DNA from: Terrimicrobiaceae bacterium
GTDB taxonomy: Bacteria > Verrucomicrobiota > Verrucomicrobiia > Chthoniobacterales > Terrimicrobiaceae
Reading direction: 5' to 3'
NCBI GenBank assembly: GCA_044342325.1
Contig: JBIIPZ010000008.1
Span: 1-64,000, forward strand
DNA: 64,000 nt
Under the pieces are notes generated by a model. The model saw nothing but the letters and a program-made list of their open reading frames with translations, was not told the DNA's origin and did no database searches. Position numbers and translations under genes: made by a program. This document shows positions 58,476-64,000 of the stretch, piece after piece (the first letter of the stretch is position 1; each line of letters begins with the position of its first letter).

Positions 58476-59662
58476 GGCGTTGGATCGAGGGGCTCGAGTC
58501 CTTCGCGATGGATGTCATTCTGGACCGTCGCTACGGGCGGCGGGCAGGGGCATTGCGCTGGGTTCTCTCCGGGTTGTCAAAAATCTACCTCGCCATTGTG
58601 CAAATGCGCTTGGCGCTTTACCGGGGTCGCATTTTCCGCAGCCACTCGCACGGTTGCCTCGTCATCAGTGTTGGGAATCTCACTGTGGGCGGAACCGGCA
58701 AGACCCCTGTGGTGGAAATGCTCGCGAGGGCGCTTCAAGATGGCGGCCGGCGGGTCGCTATTTTAAGCCGGGGCTACAAGAGCGTGCCGCGACCGTTTTT
58801 TTTGAGGCTCGCGGATAAACTCACGCGCCGAAAATCGCTGTTCGTGCCCCGCGTGGTTTCGGACGGGGTTTCCTTGCTGCTGGATTCCCGCACGGCGGGT
58901 GATGAGCCCTTCATGCTCGCAAACAACCTGCGTGGTGTCGTGGTGCTGGTGGACCGCGACCGCGTGAAGAGCGGAATCTACGCGATCAAGGAATTCGGCT
59001 CGGATGTGCTCATTTTGGACGATGGTTTCCAGTATGTAAAAATGCGGCACGGTCTCGAGGTGGTTCTGATTGATCGTCAGGCTCCCTTTGGCAACGAATA
59101 CATGCTGCCACGCGGAACTCTGCGCGAGCCCCCGGAGAACCTCCGCCGGGCCACCCACATTTTTCTCACCAAGTGCGACGGGAGCGACAACTCGGAGATC
59201 ATTGCAAGAATTCGCCGCTACAACCGCACGGCTGAAATCATCGAGTGCACGCACCGTCCGAAGCATCTGCGCAATTTCTCTACCGGCGAGGTCAAGCCGC
59301 TTGAGTTTTTGCAAGGGTTGAAAATCGGCTCCCTGAGCGGCATCGCCGTGCCCGAGAGCTTCGAGTCCGCCCTGCGTGGGTTGGGCGCCGAGCTGGAGCT
59401 CACGCAGAGCTACGCCGACCACCACCGCTATTCCACAAAGGAAATCGATCGCTTCATCCGCCGCTGCGCTCGCAGGAATCTTGATGCCGTTCTCACCACT
59501 GAGAAAGATGCTGTGCGCATTCCCCGCATCATGAATCCCGAGGTGCCGGTTTATTACATGCGCGTCGAAATTGAAATTCTGGCGGGCCAGGAGACCTGGG
59601 AGCGTTTTGTCGGCAGGCTCACGCAGTTGCGCGGCGGGCTGATTCCCGAGCGCTGCTATTGA
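58472..59662 (+). CDS. lpxK: Tetraacyldisaccharide 4'-kinase
   Basis: [47 protein letters not shown]. Confidence 0.95.
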   Translation: MRRWIEGLESFAMDVILDRRYGRRAGALRWVLSGLSKIYLAIVQMRLALYRGRIFRSHSHGCLVISVGNLTVGGTGKTPVVEMLARALQDGGRRVAILSRGYKSVPRPFFLRLADKLTRRKSLFVPRVVSDGVSLLLDSRTAGDEPFMLANNLRGVVVLVDRDRVKSGIYAIKEFGSDVLILDDGFQYVKMRHGLEVVLIDRQAPFGNEYMLPRGTLREPPENLRRATHIFLTKCDGSDNSEIIARIRRYNRTAEIIECTHRPKHLRNFSTGEVKPLEFLQGLKIGSLSGIAVPESFESALRGLGAELELTQSYADHHRYSTKEIDRFIRRCARRNLDAVLTTEKDAVRIPRIMNPEVPVYYMRVEIEILAGQETWERFVGRLTQLRGGLIPERCY

Positions 59663-60111
59663 TTTGAGAAATGCCGCCGCGTCGCCTCGTGGCGGGAGCG
59701 AAACATCTCGGCGAAGACCAACGGCAGAATCCAACGCGATACAAGTCGCCCGGGCAGGCCGCCCTTCAGCAGATACTCCACACAGTCGGTCAGCAGGGCT
59801 CCCTCGGGATGTGGACTGAAGATGTGGCTGTGCCGCCAGATGGCGAATGGCGAGCTGAGCGCTGTGTCCACAAGCAGGCTCGGCGCTTCGGCTTTTTCCC
59901 ATTGCCCGGTCCACCGGATCGGAAGGCCGAACTGCGTGGCGCGGATGCGGAAGGTTTCTCCGGCCCTCGCCTGCTTCTGGCAGATGATTTCCTGCACGGC
60001 CAGTGAACTGGGCGCAATAAGCGTCATGTTTCCTGGATTCTCGTGAAATTCATAGAGAGCTTCAGGACTTGTTGCGACCGGTGTGGAGCTTTCGAAAACG
60101 TATGGCTTCAT
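59656..60111 (-). CDS. SRPBCC-family protein
   Basis: FHENP.N...I.P, PF..WRHSH.F, F..RH. Confidence 0.82.
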   Translation of the reverse strand: MKPYVFESSTPVATSPEALYEFHENPGNMTLIAPSSLAVQEIICQKQARAGETFRIRATQFGLPIRWTGQWEKAEAPSLLVDTALSSPFAIWRHSHIFSPHPEGALLTDCVEYLLKGGLPGRLVSRWILPLVFAEMFRSRHEATRRHFSNQ

Positions 60112-60238
60112 GGAAAAATGCGCTTGACCTATTTGCGGCATCAGCAAGTTTGGCGCGCGCCTTCCGAGTTGCTTCAAATTTCTTGTTGCAAAATGAAAGG
60201 CCGCTCATTACTCACAACCCGCAATCCAATCTAATCAC

Positions 60239-60484
60239 ATGTCTGAAAAATCCATCGAAGAAAAAGTAAAAGATATCATTGTCGAGCAACTCGGAGTGAA
60301 CGCCGAACAAGTGACGCCCACAGCCTCCTTCATTGAGGACCTCGGAGCCGACTCGCTCGATACTGTTGAACTCGTCATGGCCTTCGAGGAAGAATTCTCG
60401 GTTGAAGTTCCCGATGAGGACGCCGAAAAGCTCCAGTCCGTCGGCGATGTGATCAAATACATCGAAGAAAAAGCCGGCAAGTAA
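60239..60484 (+). CDS. acpP: Acyl carrier protein
   Basis: [20 protein letters not shown]. Confidence 0.98.
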   Translation: MSEKSIEEKVKDIIVEQLGVNAEQVTPTASFIEDLGADSLDTVELVMAFEEEFSVEVPDEDAEKLQSVGDVIKYIEEKAGK

Positions 60485-60506
60485 TCGCTCGGTTTTAGTT
60501 TTTAGG

Positions 60507-60537
60507 AAAACCCCGCTTCGGCGGGGTTTTTTGTTTT
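60507..60537 (+). terminator. Intrinsic terminator after acpP
   Basis: AAAACCCCGC-TTCG-GCGGGGTTTTTTGTTTT. Confidence 0.92.
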
Positions 60538-60576
60538 CCATCGACTTCCGGGTCCGGGGTTTTGCAGGATGCACTC

Positions 60577-61977
60577 ATGAAGATTCTCATTGCGGCCAGC
60601 GAAATGTCTCCCATTTCAAATTCTGGGGGGCTTGCGGATTTTGTTGAGGGATTGTCCGCCCACCTTGGTGCTGCTGGTCACGAGGTCACCGTCGTTCTCC
60701 CGTTCTTCCGCTGCGTCAGGGAAAACAAGGCTCTCGGGGCGAAACGCTCCAAGATGAGGTTCTCGGTCGCGGTCGGTTCGGAAAATTTGTCCTGCGAGGT
60801 CTGGGAGGCCGCCGGTCCCCGGGGCGTGAAGTTGCGCTTCATCCAGCGGGAGGAGTATTTCGACCGCACAGGCCTCTATGGCGTTGATGGCCGTGACTAC
60901 CAAGACAATGCGGCGAGGTTCATTTTCTTTTCCAAATGCGTGACAGAACTCGCCCGTCTCAACCTGCCGGATGCCGTTCACCTCGTCGGTTGGCAGGTCG
61001 CGATGGCGGCGGTGTTCATTCGGGATCAAAAACTGCCCGTCCCCACGGTGCTCTCACCGTTATCGCTCGATTACCAAGGCAATTTCTGGAGCCATGACTT
61101 TGCATTCACCAATCTGCCGGGCTCCTATTTTTCAGCGGATGGGTTGGAGTTCTACGGCAGCATGAATTTTCTCAAGGCGGGGATCGTTTTTGCCGACGCC
61201 GTTGCGCTTCCAGGTGGGCGTTTCCTTGCGGAGGCCCAAACGCCGGTGCATGGATGCGGTCTCGAAAATGTGCTTCGCGAGCATTCGGCAAAGCTGGAGG
61301 CCATCGCGTTTGGATTCGATGAAAAGGATCTGCCTGTTGTGAAGGCTGACGCCAAATTGCGAGTTGCTGCGCGTCGCGAATTCTTCCCCTCCGCCGATCC
61401 CAAGTCGGCCCGTATTTTTGTGGTGGATACGATTTCCTCAGGCGGTGAGGGCATCGATCTGCTCTTGCAGGCTCTGGATTTGATTCCATCGCCGGACTTT
61501 TGCGTGGCCTTGCTGGGGCCGGTGGCCAATGACTCCATCGAGGTTCTTGATATCGCCCTGCGGCGTCATTCCAAGCGCCTTGTGCATTTGCCGGAAGTCG
61601 ATGGGGGGCTCCTCGCCCGCGTCTTGGCGGCGGGGGATTTTGTCCTGGTTCCAGGTCCATTGGAGCCGCGAAGCGCCTTTGTGGCTGCTGCGATGAGGAA
61701 CAGTCTAGTTCCCGTCTTGGAGTATTGCCCCGGCCTTCTGGATTTGGTGAGGGACTTTGATCCCGTGACCGGTTCCGGGAACGTCCTTGTCTTTCATCGT
61801 CACTCGGTCGCCGCACTCGCCGATGCCGTGAAGCGCGCCCTCTTCCTGCCGGCGGGAGAATGGGAAATTCTTTCGCAGCGCGTGCGCGAGACGGATTTTT
61901 CGTGGGGACCGGCTGTCGCTCGCCTCGAAGAACTTCAGCGTCGTCTTCTACGCAAAACAGGCCGGACTTTAGTCTAA
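60577..61977 (+). CDS. Glycogen synthase-like GT5 protein with degenerate catalytic motifs
   Basis: ASEM.P...GGLAD, YFDR.GLYG, DY.DN..RF.FF, YQG.F, EFYG.MNFLKAGI, FSW; several catalytic motifs are altered. Confidence 0.85.
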   Translation: MKILIAASEMSPISNSGGLADFVEGLSAHLGAAGHEVTVVLPFFRCVRENKALGAKRSKMRFSVAVGSENLSCEVWEAAGPRGVKLRFIQREEYFDRTGLYGVDGRDYQDNAARFIFFSKCVTELARLNLPDAVHLVGWQVAMAAVFIRDQKLPVPTVLSPLSLDYQGNFWSHDFAFTNLPGSYFSADGLEFYGSMNFLKAGIVFADAVALPGGRFLAEAQTPVHGCGLENVLREHSAKLEAIAFGFDEKDLPVVKADAKLRVAARREFFPSADPKSARIFVVDTISSGGEGIDLLLQALDLIPSPDFCVALLGPVANDSIEVLDIALRRHSKRLVHLPEVDGGLLARVLAAGDFVLVPGPLEPRSAFVAAAMRNSLVPVLEYCPGLLDLVRDFDPVTGSGNVLVFHRHSVAALADAVKRALFLPAGEWEILSQRVRETDFSWGPAVARLEELQRRLLRKTGRTLV

Positions 61978-61980
61978 GAG

Positions 61981-63675
61981 GTGGCGATGCAAAGGCGTTG
62001 GATCTTTCCTGCGGCATCGGATGCCTCGTTGCTCTCGCGGGTCAGGCGCGAAGCAGATGTGCCGGACTTCCTCGCCGAGTTGCTATTGAAACGCGGGGTT
62101 GCCGATGGAATCTCCGCCGAGGCCTATCTCAAACCACGCCTGCGTTCCTTGAGCGCTCCCGAGCAGTTGCCAGAGATGGAGGCGGCCGTGGCAAGGATTC
62201 TGGCTGCGATGGATCGCCGCGAGAAGGTCGTTCTTTACGGGGACTACGATGTGGATGGCATCACTTCACTGGCGATTCTGGCGCGTTTTTTTAAAGCCTG
62301 TGGAATCACGGTTCCATGCTTCCTGCCTCTGCGCGCCGAGGAGGGGTATGGTCTCAGCGAGGCCGGGGTTGAGCGTTGCTTGGAAATGCACGCGCCGCAA
62401 TTGCTGCTGGCGGTGGATTGCGGAACGACTTCGGTGAGGGAAATTGCCGCACTTCGTCGGCGCGGGGTGGATGTCATTGTCCTCGACCACCACGAACCGG
62501 GTGCCGAACGCCCTGACTGCGTGGCGCTCGTGAATCCCAAGTGCGGCACAGGCTTTCATTATCTCTGCAGCGCCGGCGTGGTTTTCAAACTCGCCCACGC
62601 CATTTTAAAGACCCGCCCGGTTGAGGGTCTCGATTTGAAGGAATATCTCGATCTGGTGGCGCTGGCCACGGTCGCCGACATCGTTCCTCTCGTGGACGAG
62701 AACAGGATTTTTGTGAGCCACGGCCTCCGGCAAATGGAGCACACCCGCTGGGCGGGATTGGCCGCCCTCCAGCGTGTGGCGGATGTCCCCACGCCTGTAA
62801 AAGCAGGAGATATCAGCTTCCGCATGGGGCCGAGGATCAATGCCGCAGGGCGTCTCGGGCCTGCCATGGAGGCGCTCCAGCTTCTGCTCGCGGACGACCC
62901 CGCCGAGGCCTCGCGTCTCGCGGAGGGGTTGGATGCCCATAACCGCGAGCGTCAAGGAGTCGAGCGCCATGTCGTTCGCGATGCCGAGGAATGGGTTGCC
63001 AAAAATTTCAATCCCGACACCCAGGCTTCGATCGTCGCTGGCAGCCGGGATTGGCACATCGGCGTTCTCGGTGTGGTCGCCTCACGCATCATGAGGCAAT
63101 ACCACCGCCCGACCTTTATTATAGGTTTCGACGATTCGGGGGCGGGTAAAGGCAGTGGACGCAGCATCGAGGGGCTTCCCTTGGTGGCGATGCTCCGCGA
63201 TTGCGCCGGGCATTTGGAGAAATTTGGCGGTCATGACATGGCGGCAGGTATTTCCTTGAGCGAGTCGAGTCTGCCCGCATTTCGAGAAGCTTTTGAGACC
63301 GCAGCCCAAGCGATTGCCAACGAGGAAATGCTGGCACCGCGCCTGCGCTTGGATTGCGAGTTGGGGCTGGGAGATATCGACGCCTCGGTGCTGGAGTCGC
63401 AGGATTTATTGGAGCCTTTTGGAAATTCGAATCCCCAGCCCGTCATGTTCTCGCGCGCCGTGGCTCCAGCGGGCGAGCCTCGTGTCATGAAGGAAAAACA
63501 CCTGCGGATCGAGTTTCTGTGCGGTCGCCGCCGCGTTTCCGCTATCTTTTTTAATGCCCCGGTAAATGCCATGCCGCGACCGCCGTGGGATATTGCCTAC
63601 ACGCTGGACTGGAATGTCTGGCAGGGTCGGGCCGAGCCTCAGTTGAGGATCGTCGAGGTGCGCCACTCGGAATGA
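61981..63675 (+). CDS. recJ: Single-stranded-DNA-specific exonuclease RecJ
   Basis: YGDYDVDG, EGYG, VDCG, DHH, PRINAAGR, GSGRS, FGGH.MAAG, LEPFG. Confidence 0.96.
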   Translation: MAMQRRWIFPAASDASLLSRVRREADVPDFLAELLLKRGVADGISAEAYLKPRLRSLSAPEQLPEMEAAVARILAAMDRREKVVLYGDYDVDGITSLAILARFFKACGITVPCFLPLRAEEGYGLSEAGVERCLEMHAPQLLLAVDCGTTSVREIAALRRRGVDVIVLDHHEPGAERPDCVALVNPKCGTGFHYLCSAGVVFKLAHAILKTRPVEGLDLKEYLDLVALATVADIVPLVDENRIFVSHGLRQMEHTRWAGLAALQRVADVPTPVKAGDISFRMGPRINAAGRLGPAMEALQLLLADDPAEASRLAEGLDAHNRERQGVERHVVRDAEEWVAKNFNPDTQASIVAGSRDWHIGVLGVVASRIMRQYHRPTFIIGFDDSGAGKGSGRSIEGLPLVAMLRDCAGHLEKFGGHDMAAGISLSESSLPAFREAFETAAQAIANEEMLAPRLRLDCELGLGDIDASVLESQDLLEPFGNSNPQPVMFSRAVAPAGEPRVMKEKHLRIEFLCGRRRVSAIFFNAPVNAMPRPPWDIAYTLDWNVWQGRAEPQLRIVEVRHSE

Positions 63676-64000
63676 CTCGGCTTTCTCCCACAACGGCGCT
63701 GGAAGGGTTGCCTTGGGTTCCATCCAGTCGCGTCGCGGCTTTGCGGCGCTTGGGGTTGCTTACGCTTGAGGATTTGCTGCGCCATTTTCCACGGCGCTAC
63801 GAGGACCGCCGTAAGTTCGACCGCTTTCCGGACAGTCCCTCCGAGACGGCTGTCTGTCTCTATGGCGTGGTCAAAAAGACGAGCTACAAACGCTTCGGCC
63901 CGCGCCGGATTTTTGAGACGATTCTCGAGGATGACAATGGAGGCATCCTGAGTAATCCCATCACCCTGCGTTGGTATAACATGCCCTGGGTGCAAAAAAT
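63672..64000 (+). CDS. recG: ATP-dependent DNA helicase RecG, 5' part (runs off the window; absent from the ORF track)
   Basis: ATG 63672 overlaps the recJ stop; the frame reads MTRLSPTT...ALRRLGLLTLEDLLRHFPRRYEDR...ITLRWYNMPWVQK. Confidence 0.9.
   Translation, partial: MTRLSPTTALEGLPWVPSSRVAALRRLGLLTLEDLLRHFPRRYEDRRKFDRFPDSPSETAVCLYGVVKKTSYKRFGPRRIFETILEDDNGGILSNPITLRWYNMPWVQK

Noticed and set aside
63639..63995. 118-aa minus-strand ORF at the right edge
   Set aside because: Antisense shadow of the recG 5' end.

Overview
A gene-dense bacterial chromosome segment, most likely from Verrucomicrobiota (MurC-MurB fusion, LysM gene between murD and ftsW, divergent FtsZ; taxonomy is inferred). 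Core content: glgC/glmS, a complete dcw cluster (mraZ-rsmH-ftsL-ftsI-murE-murF-mraY-murD-LysM-ftsW-murG-murC/B-ddl-ftsQ-ftsA-ftsZ) with MraZ boxes, a TPP riboswitch-thiC unit, infC with an ATT start, avtA, tRNA-Thr(UGU), hom-thrC-lysC, riboflavin synthase, thrB-lpxK, acpP, a degenerate glgA-like gene, recJ and the start of recG. Accessory content: an IS end at the left edge that truncates a metallophosphoesterase, a nucleotidyltransferase/small-ORF pair, and a seven-gene Mrp Na+/H+ antiporter operon bracketed by IS1380-like and ISAs1-like relics and truncated genes. The best candidates for undescribed biology are (i) a tightly coupled four-gene operon of ECF sigma factor, 90-aa protein, stand-alone GAF protein and minimal subtilase without signal peptide or prodomain (53589-55920), and (ii) the convergent gene fusing an excisionase-type HTH to a single TM helix and an OmpA/MotB peptidoglycan-binding domain (55951-57528). 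All family calls come from motif recognition by eye; no database searches were run.
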